DNA of 32,000 bases from Anaerolineae bacterium (GTDB lineage: Bacteria > Chloroflexota > Anaerolineae > Anaerolineales > Anaerolineaceae): the NCBI GenBank assembly GCA_013178295.1, contig JABLWW010000006.1:58141-90140 (forward strand), written 5' to 3'. Within the stretch, counting starts at the first letter, position 1, and every line of letters begins with the position of its first letter. The translations under genes were made by a program, and so were the position numbers. The notes beneath the pieces were generated by a model. It was given only the letters and a program-made list of their open reading frames with translations, had not been told where the DNA came from and made no database searches. Positions 9,046-17,296 of the stretch are shown here, one piece after another.

Positions 9046-9996
9046 ATGGCATTAATAAGCAATCATCCAAAGATTTCTATTGAAGAATTCGATCGCCTCT
9101 TTGAAACGCTCAAGAATTGGGGCAAATGGGGTGCGGACGATGTAATGGGAACGCTGAATTACATCACGCCCGACAAGGTACACGCCGCTGCGGCGTTGGT
9201 CAAAAGCGGGCGCAGTGTCTCGATGGCTATTCCTATTAACACCCTTGCCGGACCCGATAACCCTAATCCTGCCATTCACTATATGAACACCACCCACGAT
9301 ATTGACATCGGTTGTGGTGAACTGCGTTTTGCCACCGATTTCCTCGCCATGCAGTTTCACGGCGACTGCCACACACACATTGATGCCCTGTGCCATATCG
9401 CCTACAAAGGGCAGCTCTACAATGGCCGTCCGGCGGGGCTGGTGACAGCTCGCGGCGCGCTCGGTCTGGATATCACCGATTACGCGCAAGGCATCGTCGG
9501 CAAAGGTGTGCTCATTGATATGCCGCGCCTGCGCGGGGTGAAATGGCTCGAACCGGGTGAAGCCATCACCCGCGAGGATATCGAAGCCGCCGAAGCAGCT
9601 CAGGGGGTGCGTCTTAGCGAAGGTGACATCATGGTCTTTCGCACCGGTCATCACCGCCGGAGGCTTGAACTGGGTGCATGGGATGCGGGATATAGCGGTG
9701 AGGGGCGTGCAGGGCTGGATCCCTATGCTCTTACATTGCTTCACGAGCGTAAGGTAGCAGCTTTTCTCCCCGATGGTGATGGTGAGTTGGTGCCATCTTA
9801 TGTGGAAGGGCTGGAATATCCCATCCACCCACTACAGGTAACAGCAATGGGGATGTGCGTGGCAGACAGCTTGCAATTTGAAGAACTGGTGAGGGTGTGC
9901 AATGAGGAGAAACGCTTTGAGTTCATGGTGGTCATCGCTCCGTTGCGTCTTCCAAAAGCCACTGGTTCGCCCTTCAACCCTATTGCGGTTTTCTAA
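9046..9996 (+). CDS. Cyclase-family metal-dependent hydrolase (kynurenine formamidase/'putative cyclase' superfamily)
   Basis: 'FHGDCHTHIDALCH' resembles the HxGTHxDxPxH motif of this family. The N-terminal block 'WGKWGADDVMGTLNYITPDKV' is typical. Confidence 0.7.
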   Translation: MALISNHPKISIEEFDRLFETLKNWGKWGADDVMGTLNYITPDKVHAAAALVKSGRSVSMAIPINTLAGPDNPNPAIHYMNTTHDIDIGCGELRFATDFLAMQFHGDCHTHIDALCHIAYKGQLYNGRPAGLVTARGALGLDITDYAQGIVGKGVLIDMPRLRGVKWLEPGEAITREDIEAAEAAQGVRLSEGDIMVFRTGHHRRRLELGAWDAGYSGEGRAGLDPYALTLLHERKVAAFLPDGDGELVPSYVEGLEYPIHPLQVTAMGMCVADSLQFEELVRVCNEEKRFEFMVVIAPLRLPKATGSPFNPIAVF

Positions 9997-10090
9997 AGTT
10001 GAGATAAAGGTAACAGGAATTAACCACAAAGGGACGCAGAGGTTTCGGGTGTTTCTCTGCCCTCTCCCAGTGAGAAAGTGAGAGACTGGC

Positions 10091-10870
10091 ATGAGCGAAG
10101 AAAAACGTGTGGCAATCATTACTGGCGGCGGTAGCGGGATCGGTGCGGCGGCAGCAAAACTTTTTGTCTCACAAGGGGTGCGCGTGGCACTGGTGGGGCG
10201 CCGTCTGGAGAACCTCAACCATACCGCCATGGCAATACGTGATGCTGGTGGTGAAGCGCTGACCATCCCAATGGATATAGGCAAACCCGATGCTCCGCAG
10301 AAGATTATCGCCAATGTGGTAAACGTCTGGGGCAGCGTGGATATTCTGGTTAACAATGCCGCGGCAATTAAACATCTGCCCATTGATCAGGCAACAATGG
10401 ACGTCTTCGATGAGCACGTGGCAGTCAACGTCCGCGCCCCATATTTTCTGGTACAGGCGGCGTTGCCTTATTTGCGCAAGTCCGCTCTGCCGACGGTGAT
10501 TAACATCTCATCTTCCTCGGGATCGCTGGCTATACCTGGTCAGGCAATGTATGGCATGTCCAAGGCGGCGCTGGAATATCTCACCAGATCGCTGGCAGCT
10601 GAGCTGGCGCCGCTTGGGGTTCGCGTTAACGCCATCGCTCCTGGCCCGGTGGACACGCCTATTCATCTTACATGGGCAGGGGATGACGTGGCTGGCGCCT
10701 ATGAACGGATGAAAAAAGAAGTGCCGCTTGGACGGATGGGCACAGCAGAAGAACTGGCGGCATGGATCGTCTGGCTGGCAAGCCCGCAGGCAAATTGGGT
10801 TACCGGCGTGATCATCCCTGTGGATGGCGGGCAAGTATTGCCCGGTGCACTCTCGCGTATTGTCGAGTAA
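10091..10870 (+). CDS. Short-chain dehydrogenase/reductase (classical SDR)
   Basis: 'TGGGSGIG' cofactor motif, 'NNAA', catalytic 'YGMSK'. Confidence 0.92.
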   Translation: MSEEKRVAIITGGGSGIGAAAAKLFVSQGVRVALVGRRLENLNHTAMAIRDAGGEALTIPMDIGKPDAPQKIIANVVNVWGSVDILVNNAAAIKHLPIDQATMDVFDEHVAVNVRAPYFLVQAALPYLRKSALPTVINISSSSGSLAIPGQAMYGMSKAALEYLTRSLAAELAPLGVRVNAIAPGPVDTPIHLTWAGDDVAGAYERMKKEVPLGRMGTAEELAAWIVWLASPQANWVTGVIIPVDGGQVLPGALSRIVE

Positions 10871-10910
10871 ATTTATGTGGCACAGATAAACGCCAATTGA
10901 AGGATCAGCT

Positions 10911-11678
10911 ATGGAACGACGTTTTGAAGGAAAGGTAGCACTGGTAACAGGGACAACACACGGCATTGGACAGGCGACCGCGGTGCGTCTGGCCGCTGAG
11001 GGTGCGCTGGTGGCTGTCAACCATCGCCCAACCAGCGACCCGACTGAGACATTAGAGCGGGTGCGCGCCGCTGGAGGCAAGGCTTTTCCCGTTGCCGCCG
11101 ATATGCGTAACCCAGAGCAAGTGCTGGCAATGGTGAAAGAGACGGCGCGCGTTGGCGGGCGGCTGGATTATCTGGTGAGCAACGCTGCTATCAATCCCCT
11201 GCTGAAATGGGATGAGATCACACTGGAAGATTATGATCGCATTCAGGAGACCAACCTGCGCGGGACGTGGGTGGTGTGTCAGGCTGCTGCCAAACAAATG
11301 ATCCGAGAAGGGCACGGCGGGGCAATTGTCTGCGTTTCGTCCATCTCTGCGTGGGTGGCGGCGCGTGAGCAGACAGTATATTGCGCCACCAAGGCCGGTA
11401 TCTGGATGCTGGTTAAAGCCCTTGCTGCCGTGCTGGGCGAACATGGCATCCGCATCAATTCGGTGCTCCCCGGTGCCATCCTGACCAATATGAGCAAGGA
11501 ACTGTTAAACCCCGACGCCCCAGCGCGCAAGTATTACGAAACCCGCACCCCGCTGGGACGCATCGGAGCGCCAGAAGAGGTGGCAAGCGTAATCTCCTTC
11601 CTTCTCAGCGACGACGCCAGCTATATGACCAGCTCCGAACTTCTTGTTGATGGCGGCTTCATCACCAACGCGGAATGA
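10911..11678 (+). CDS. Short-chain dehydrogenase/reductase (classical SDR)
   Basis: 'TGTTHGIG', 'SNAA', catalytic 'YCATK'. AAGGA lies upstream of the ATG. Confidence 0.92.
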   Translation: MERRFEGKVALVTGTTHGIGQATAVRLAAEGALVAVNHRPTSDPTETLERVRAAGGKAFPVAADMRNPEQVLAMVKETARVGGRLDYLVSNAAINPLLKWDEITLEDYDRIQETNLRGTWVVCQAAAKQMIREGHGGAIVCVSSISAWVAAREQTVYCATKAGIWMLVKALAAVLGEHGIRINSVLPGAILTNMSKELLNPDAPARKYYETRTPLGRIGAPEEVASVISFLLSDDASYMTSSELLVDGGFITNAE

Positions 11679-11699
11679 GCGGATAATCTGGAGGTATCA

Positions 11700-13190
11700 A
11701 TGAGCCTGTTGGGTATTGATATGGGTTCCAGTTCGGTAAAGATCGCCGCCTACGATGTAGATGGCAGGATGCTTGCCGTAACCGGTAAGGAGATCACCCC
11801 CCTTCACCCCCAGCCCGGTTGGTGGGAGACTGACCCTGAAGATGTGTGGCGCGCCACGCGCCTCGGACTGGAGGAGATAGCCAAAATGGACGCTCTGCGC
11901 CATGACCCGCCAAGCGCTCTAGCTATCAGCGCCTCAGGGCGCGAGAATTTTCCGGCAGACCAACAGGGAAATCCTCTGGGCAATAACATCATGGGTGCTG
12001 ACGTGCGCGGGATGGAGTTTGAGTCTCCTCCTCAGGGCGCACCGATTCCCGAGCCCTGGAGTTTCTCCTGCGGACACCTGCGCGAACGCATGGATCCTGT
12101 GCTTCGTCTTCTCTGGTGGCGCAAATATCATCCCGAAATCATTGCCCGAACGCGCATGTACCCTGACTGGCACGGTTTCCTCACCTACCGTCTGTGTGGG
12201 CGCAACGTCAGCGAGCGCAGTCTGGTGGGCAGATGGCTGGTGTATGACCTCCACACCCGCACGTGGGACGTCCAGCGCCTGGCAGAGTATCAGATCGCAA
12301 GCGAACTACTCCCCGAAGTGCTTGAGGCAGGCGAGCCAATCGAAAAGATTCACCCGCAATTAGCTGACGAACTGGGGCTGCCGCGCAACCTGCTCATCGT
12401 CAACGGTGGACATGACCTGAACTGCGCAGCGCTTGGGGCAGGTATATCCGAACTGGGTACCGCGCTGCTCATCAGTGGCTCGTATGAAAACATGCTCATC
12501 CCCACTGAAGCCTTCCCCACTTCTTCCATGTTGCTACGCGGTCTTTCCATCACACCCCATTTTGGTCGCATCGAACGCTCCATCTATGCTATCTGTCCCA
12601 CAGGAAACGCAGTGCTCAACTGGGCAAGGGAGCTGGTTGGCATATCTATCGAAGAACAGGTAGGCTCGCTAGAATCGGAAGGGCTAGGACCCGGTCCGCT
12701 ACTGGCACTTCCTTACCTTTCAGGCGCCATGCTTTACTGGGAGAACGGGCGCAAGTTGCGCGGCGTGCTCCTGGGGCTAACGCTCGCAACGCGCCGTTCA
12801 GATATCGTGCGTGCCTTTATGGAAAGCATTGCCTACGACCATGTGAATACCCTTTTGCTCCTTGCTGAGGAGGGTGTCGAAGTCAAAAAGCTACGCGCCA
12901 CAGGCGGCGGGACGCGTTCCATCTGGTGGACACAACTTAAAGCAGACTTGCTGCAAATGCCCATCGAGGTAGCCAGCCAGCCGGAACCCGGCACCTTTGG
13001 CGCCGCACTGCTTGCTGGTTATGGCATCGGCGTGTACCGCGATTTGGAGACTGCCAGCCGCAAGTACGCCGGAACAGGCAAGGTATTTACACCGCAGCCC
13101 GGAAGGTTCGCTCTGCACCAGAAACGTTTAGAGATCTACCGCCGACTGGTGCCCAGCCTGTTGCATACCGTTTTTGAGGATTGGTATTGA
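11700..13190 (+). CDS. FGGY-family carbohydrate kinase (xylulokinase/ribulokinase-like)
   Basis: N-terminal 'LLGIDMGSSSVKIAAYD' and C-terminal 'ATGGGTRSIWWTQLKADLL' blocks. GGAGG RBS. Confidence 0.9.
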   Translation: MSLLGIDMGSSSVKIAAYDVDGRMLAVTGKEITPLHPQPGWWETDPEDVWRATRLGLEEIAKMDALRHDPPSALAISASGRENFPADQQGNPLGNNIMGADVRGMEFESPPQGAPIPEPWSFSCGHLRERMDPVLRLLWWRKYHPEIIARTRMYPDWHGFLTYRLCGRNVSERSLVGRWLVYDLHTRTWDVQRLAEYQIASELLPEVLEAGEPIEKIHPQLADELGLPRNLLIVNGGHDLNCAALGAGISELGTALLISGSYENMLIPTEAFPTSSMLLRGLSITPHFGRIERSIYAICPTGNAVLNWARELVGISIEEQVGSLESEGLGPGPLLALPYLSGAMLYWENGRKLRGVLLGLTLATRRSDIVRAFMESIAYDHVNTLLLLAEEGVEVKKLRATGGGTRSIWWTQLKADLLQMPIEVASQPEPGTFGAALLAGYGIGVYRDLETASRKYAGTGKVFTPQPGRFALHQKRLEIYRRLVPSLLHTVFEDWY

Positions 13191-13248
13191 TGACAGGACG
13201 CATCAATTTGTATTCTCAAGCAGAACTCTTGGAAAGGCAGGGTTTGCG

Positions 13249-14178
13249 ATGGAGATAAACCACGACAGACGCAGTAGCAAAAAAGAGTTGCAGGTGCGAC
13301 TGGCAGAATATCTGATTCAGCTGGAGGAGGGCAACAAGCTCCCCAGCATCCGCAAGCTGGCTTCTACAACCCACATGAGTCTAGGTTCCGTTTCTTCAGC
13401 GCTGAACGACCTGCAGGAAATGGGCGCGGTCAGCATTCAAAAACGTGGGCACCTCGGGTCAATCGTGGAAAAGATTTCGATGAACAAATTGTGGAACGTT
13501 ATCGAACCTGGGCCTCTGGTGATCGCCATGACCTTGCCCATGCACCTCAAATTTGAAGGGCTGGCTACCGGATTGAAGATGGCATTTGAAAACGCTGGGA
13601 TCGACGCTTATATGATTTTCATTCGTGGATCACTCACCCGCCTCAAAGCGCTGCGCGAGAATCGCTGTCATGTTGCTGTGATGTCGGGGATGGCGGCGGA
13701 GGCGCTCTGCGACGAGGGGTTAGAAATTGTGCTTACCCTGCCAGCAGGGAGCTGGATATCTGGTTATACAGTTTTCTATCGTGATCTGCCTCCTGGCTGC
13801 AATAGACCGCTGCGCGTGGCGGTGGACACAGATTCGCAGGATCATCGGCGGTTAAACGACCTGGAGTTTGCAGGTCAGGCAGTGGAATATCGCTATGAAT
13901 CGTTCGTCAAGTTCTCGCGTCTGTTGCGTAATGGGGATGCGGATGCAGCTATCTGGACTGTCGATCAGGAAGAGGCTTACCTCGGCGCGGATATAAAACA
14001 ACGTCCCCTCTCAGAGCATGTGATGAAAAAGATTGGAGAAAAATCTCTTTCAGCAACCTTTATCGCCCGCGCTGGTCATGGGGCACTGCGGGCGCTTTTT
14101 ACAAATGTTATTGATCCGCAAACGCTTCTTCAGGTACAGGCAAAAGTGGTGGCAGGCGAGATGGTCCCTGGTTACTGA
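13249..14178 (+). CDS. Transcriptional regulator, YhfZ-like (GntR-type winged HTH plus periplasmic-binding-protein-like C-terminal domain)
   Basis: 'LPSIRKLASTTHMSLGSVSSALNDLQEMGAVSIQKRGHLGSIV' is a GntR-like HTH followed by the RGHLG block I associate with YhfZ. I prefer the start at MEINHD (13249) over the track start at 13174, which overlaps the kinase. Confidence 0.55.
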   Translation: MEINHDRRSSKKELQVRLAEYLIQLEEGNKLPSIRKLASTTHMSLGSVSSALNDLQEMGAVSIQKRGHLGSIVEKISMNKLWNVIEPGPLVIAMTLPMHLKFEGLATGLKMAFENAGIDAYMIFIRGSLTRLKALRENRCHVAVMSGMAAEALCDEGLEIVLTLPAGSWISGYTVFYRDLPPGCNRPLRVAVDTDSQDHRRLNDLEFAGQAVEYRYESFVKFSRLLRNGDADAAIWTVDQEEAYLGADIKQRPLSEHVMKKIGEKSLSATFIARAGHGALRALFTNVIDPQTLLQVQAKVVAGEMVPGY

Positions 14179-14207
14179 GGTCTGTGTTGGGCATTTCAGG
14201 AGCTTGA

Positions 14208-15323
14208 ATGAACAACCATGAATACGAAATCGGCTTACGTAAAGATCAGCTCGATACCCCAGCATTGCTGTTGGATCTGGATGCACTGGAACATAACATT
14301 CAGACGATGGCAGCCTTCTGCAAAAAAGCTGGCATTGCCCTGCGGCCACATGCCAAGATTTACAAAGGCACTCCCATCTTTGCCTGGATGCAGCTACGTG
14401 CAGGCGCCATTGGTATTACTGTTTCCAAGCTCGCCGAGGCAGAAACTCTCGCTGCTGGTGGCATCTCCGATATTCTCATCGCAAATCAGGTGGTGGGAGC
14501 GCGCAAAGTGCAACGACTGGTCAATCTGGCGGCTTATACCGATGTCAAAGTCGCGGTCGACTCACACGAAAATGTGCAGGAGCTTTCAGACGCGGCTGTG
14601 GCGCGCGGGGTCAAGTTGGGCGTGTTGCTGGAAATCAATATTGGCAACAACCGTTGCGGCGTTGAACCCTTTGCGCCCTCGCTCAACCTGGCACACAAAG
14701 TGCTTGCCTTGCCTGGTCTCAAGTTGTGCGGCATCATGGGCTACGATGGGCATCTGGCATTTGTTGAAGATTTAAAAGAGCGTGCTGAACGCTCACGCCA
14801 GGCTTACCATCTGCTAATCGAGGCACGCGATTATCTAGAAAAAGCCGGAATAAAAATCGAGATCGTCAGCGGTGGGGGAAGCGCTACCTACCAATCTGCC
14901 GCCAGCGTCAAGGGTCTCACTGAACTTCAGGCTGGCTCTTATCTCCTGCTCGATACCACCTATTACGAAAACGGCTTAAAGGATTTCCGCCCAGTGCTCA
15001 CCATTTTAGCTACCGTCATCAGCCGTCCGCAGCGCCAGGGCGCTGAGAATATTGCCATCCTTGATGTGGGACGCAAGATGCTGGATACCTTCTATGGACT
15101 CCCGACAGTCAAATACCCTGAGGGTGAAATCTTCTCTATGCCGCAGGAACACAGCCGCCTCAGGTTGGCTGACCCGCAGACAAAGCTGGCTGTAGGCGAC
15201 AAAGTGGAATTGTGGGTGAACGATGCCAACGGTACGGTGAACCTCTATGATAGTCTCTATGCCATGCGCGGTGACATTGTTGAAGCCGTGTGGGAACTCA
15301 CTGGACGGGGAAAGGCGACCTGA
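14208..15323 (+). CDS. PLP-dependent enzyme, alanine-racemase-fold DSD1/D-threonine aldolase/D-serine dehydratase-like family
   Basis: 'ALRPHAKIYKG' resembles the PLP-lysine block (RPHxKTHK). The C-terminal 'VGDKVELWVNDANGTVNLYD' resembles the D-serine-dehydratase-like C-domain. Confidence 0.7.
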   Translation: MNNHEYEIGLRKDQLDTPALLLDLDALEHNIQTMAAFCKKAGIALRPHAKIYKGTPIFAWMQLRAGAIGITVSKLAEAETLAAGGISDILIANQVVGARKVQRLVNLAAYTDVKVAVDSHENVQELSDAAVARGVKLGVLLEINIGNNRCGVEPFAPSLNLAHKVLALPGLKLCGIMGYDGHLAFVEDLKERAERSRQAYHLLIEARDYLEKAGIKIEIVSGGGSATYQSAASVKGLTELQAGSYLLLDTTYYENGLKDFRPVLTILATVISRPQRQGAENIAILDVGRKMLDTFYGLPTVKYPEGEIFSMPQEHSRLRLADPQTKLAVGDKVELWVNDANGTVNLYDSLYAMRGDIVEAVWELTGRGKAT

Positions 15324-15326
15324 AGC

Positions 15327-15743
15327 ATGATTCAATCCCACCAGATCATCCTTCACAGTGAGGGTCGCTTTGACGTGATCAACATTACGCACCATGTCGC
15401 CGATTTTGTCACTTCTTGCGGGGTACAAAATGGGCAGGTAACCGTCTTTTTCCAACACACCACCGGCGCGGTGATCATCGGCGAGCATGAGACCGGCATT
15501 GTTGCCGATCTGCAAAATATGTTCGGGCGCCTCGCACCGCTGGATTACCCCTACAAACATCACATCCGCGGTGTGGATTTCAATGGTCACGCCCATGTAC
15601 GTACTGCACTGATGCCGGTCAGCGTTACCATTCCATTGATCGATGGCAAAATGGCTCTTGGCAAGTATCAGGACATACTCGTCATTGACGATCAGGTGGA
15701 CGCCGAACCGCGTTCGCTGGTGATACAGGTCAGTGGAGAGTAA
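15327..15743 (+). CDS. YjbQ/UPF0047 family protein
   Basis: 138 aa. 'FFQHTTGAVIIGEHE', 'YKHH...NGHAHVR' and 'GKMALGKYQDILVID' match the conserved YjbQ blocks. There is a 3-nt gap to the upstream gene. Confidence 0.8.
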   Translation: MIQSHQIILHSEGRFDVINITHHVADFVTSCGVQNGQVTVFFQHTTGAVIIGEHETGIVADLQNMFGRLAPLDYPYKHHIRGVDFNGHAHVRTALMPVSVTIPLIDGKMALGKYQDILVIDDQVDAEPRSLVIQVSGE

Positions 15744-15747
15744 GCGA

Positions 15748-16374
15748 ATGAGCGCAATCAATGCGGTGTTCTTTTGGTTCAGCGGCGTCATCATTCAACC
15801 ATTACATACGCTTCTCTTTCATGCCCTTCAAAGTCGTGGCAATCAAACCAATCTGCTGATGCAGTCTGAATACTTCACGCTGTGCGATGCTCTTGCAACA
15901 GGAGCGCTGGACGCCGCCGCATTTTGCCGCCGTCTGGCGCAGATATGCGCACTGGATGTGGACTCCGCCACGCTGGAGAAGGAAATTCTTGCTGCAGCAG
16001 AACCCAACCCTGGGGTGAACGCTGAGATTGACAAGCTGCCGAGAGAATATCAGCGCTGGCTTGTGGTTGATCTGCCCGCTCACTGGTTTGAACAGCTTGC
16101 CGGGCGCATCGAGGTTTCTTCCTGTTTTTCCCCGCAGGAGATTGTTTTCCTCCCCCATGCAGGTCTGCCGCGCCTTGTGCCAGAAGCATTCGATTACCTC
16201 GCACGCTGCGCGCGCACCTCGCGTGGCAAATGTCTGCTTTTTCACGCCTCCACCCACCATGCCATTGAAGCACTCAATTATGGCATGCATGCGGCGACAT
16301 TTGTTGATGCCCGGCATATCGAGCGCGAGTTCCTCCTCCGCCGCATCACTGACAAAGCATACCGTGTTCATTAA
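15748..16374 (+). CDS. HAD-fold protein with all catalytic Asp positions substituted (probable pseudoenzyme or binding protein)
   Basis: Motif I position reads 'FFWFSGVI' (for hhDxDGxh). Motif IV reads 'LFHASTHHAIEALNYGM' (for vGDSxxDIxxAxxAGM). ATG 15748 has GGAGAG 7 nt upstream. Confidence 0.55.
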   Translation: MSAINAVFFWFSGVIIQPLHTLLFHALQSRGNQTNLLMQSEYFTLCDALATGALDAAAFCRRLAQICALDVDSATLEKEILAAAEPNPGVNAEIDKLPREYQRWLVVDLPAHWFEQLAGRIEVSSCFSPQEIVFLPHAGLPRLVPEAFDYLARCARTSRGKCLLFHASTHHAIEALNYGMHAATFVDARHIEREFLLRRITDKAYRVH

Positions 16375-16462
16375 TCTCTAGTACAGCGCGCGTACGAAAT
16401 ATAATAATGCCTACGTTTGCCCCTCTACGCCAGCATCGTCAAGCCTTCAACCTGGAGAACAC

Positions 16463-17293
16463 ATGAAAATATCTACTGCGACCTCTGTATTCTTGAACTA
16501 CACCCTCCCCGATGCGTTGGATGAGATCGTCCGCTGCGGGTTTGATGGTGTAGATATATGGTGTGGACGCCCGCACCTTTTCCGCAGGGATTATCCCCCC
16601 GAAATGTTGCAACACATCCGCCAGATGTTACAGAAAAACCACCTCACTCCCGTTTCTGTGATGCCCGCCTTCTTCCGCTATCCGTTTTCCCTCTCCAGCC
16701 CACTGGATGCCATCCGCAGTGACAGCATCGCTTACATGAAGGACTGTATTGACAACGCTGCCGCCATCGGTTCAAAGGTCGTTCTCGTTGTCCCCAACCA
16801 CAGTCTACGCGGGCAGACACTGGATGACGCCCGCCAACGCTTCATTGACAGCCTGTCTCAGCTTGCTCCGTATGCCGCTCGCAATGGTATCACCCTTGGA
16901 TTAGAAGTCGTCTATCCCCTCCTCTCGGACTATATGTCCGCCACAGATCATGCCCTCCAGGTCATCCATAACCTTGGCGGCAACAATCTTGGAGTTGTCC
17001 TCGATAGCGGGCATCTTAACCTCTCCGATGAGGATGTGCGCTCCGCCCTGGAGAACGTCGGCGATCTTCTCCTTCAGATGCACATCAACGACAACGACGC
17101 CAGACAACAGCAGAATGCCATTCCCGGCGAGGGCGTCTTCGATTTCAAAATGCTGGTGGCGCTGCTACGCCAACGCGGCTATCAAGGATTTCTCAGCCTC
17201 GAACTGGGGTGGGGTTATACCTTTGACCCCATGCCTGCTATTCAAGAATCCCTGCGTCGTGTGCGCTCCCTGCTCGATGAGAATCAGAAGTAA
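16463..17293 (+). CDS. Sugar phosphate isomerase/epimerase (xylose-isomerase-like TIM barrel, AP_endonuc_2 family)
   Basis: 276 aa. 'GFDGVDIW', 'GITLGLEV', 'VLDSGHLN' and 'MHINDN' blocks are typical of the IolE/IolI/hydroxypyruvate-isomerase-like fold. GGAGAA RBS. Confidence 0.8.
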   Translation: MKISTATSVFLNYTLPDALDEIVRCGFDGVDIWCGRPHLFRRDYPPEMLQHIRQMLQKNHLTPVSVMPAFFRYPFSLSSPLDAIRSDSIAYMKDCIDNAAAIGSKVVLVVPNHSLRGQTLDDARQRFIDSLSQLAPYAARNGITLGLEVVYPLLSDYMSATDHALQVIHNLGGNNLGVVLDSGHLNLSDEDVRSALENVGDLLLQMHINDNDARQQQNAIPGEGVFDFKMLVALLRQRGYQGFLSLELGWGYTFDPMPAIQESLRRVRSLLDENQK

Positions 17294-17296
17294 CAA

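Noticed and set aside
9052-9828. 258-aa ORF on the minus strand
   Set aside because: It is antisense to the cyclase-family gene, whose motifs are clear. Its composition (R/H/G/T-rich) is typical of a shadow frame.
15006-15794. 262-aa ORF on the minus strand
   Set aside because: It lies entirely antisense to the well-supported PLP enzyme, YjbQ and HAD-like genes. It has no recognisable motifs and no RBS, so it is a shadow ORF.
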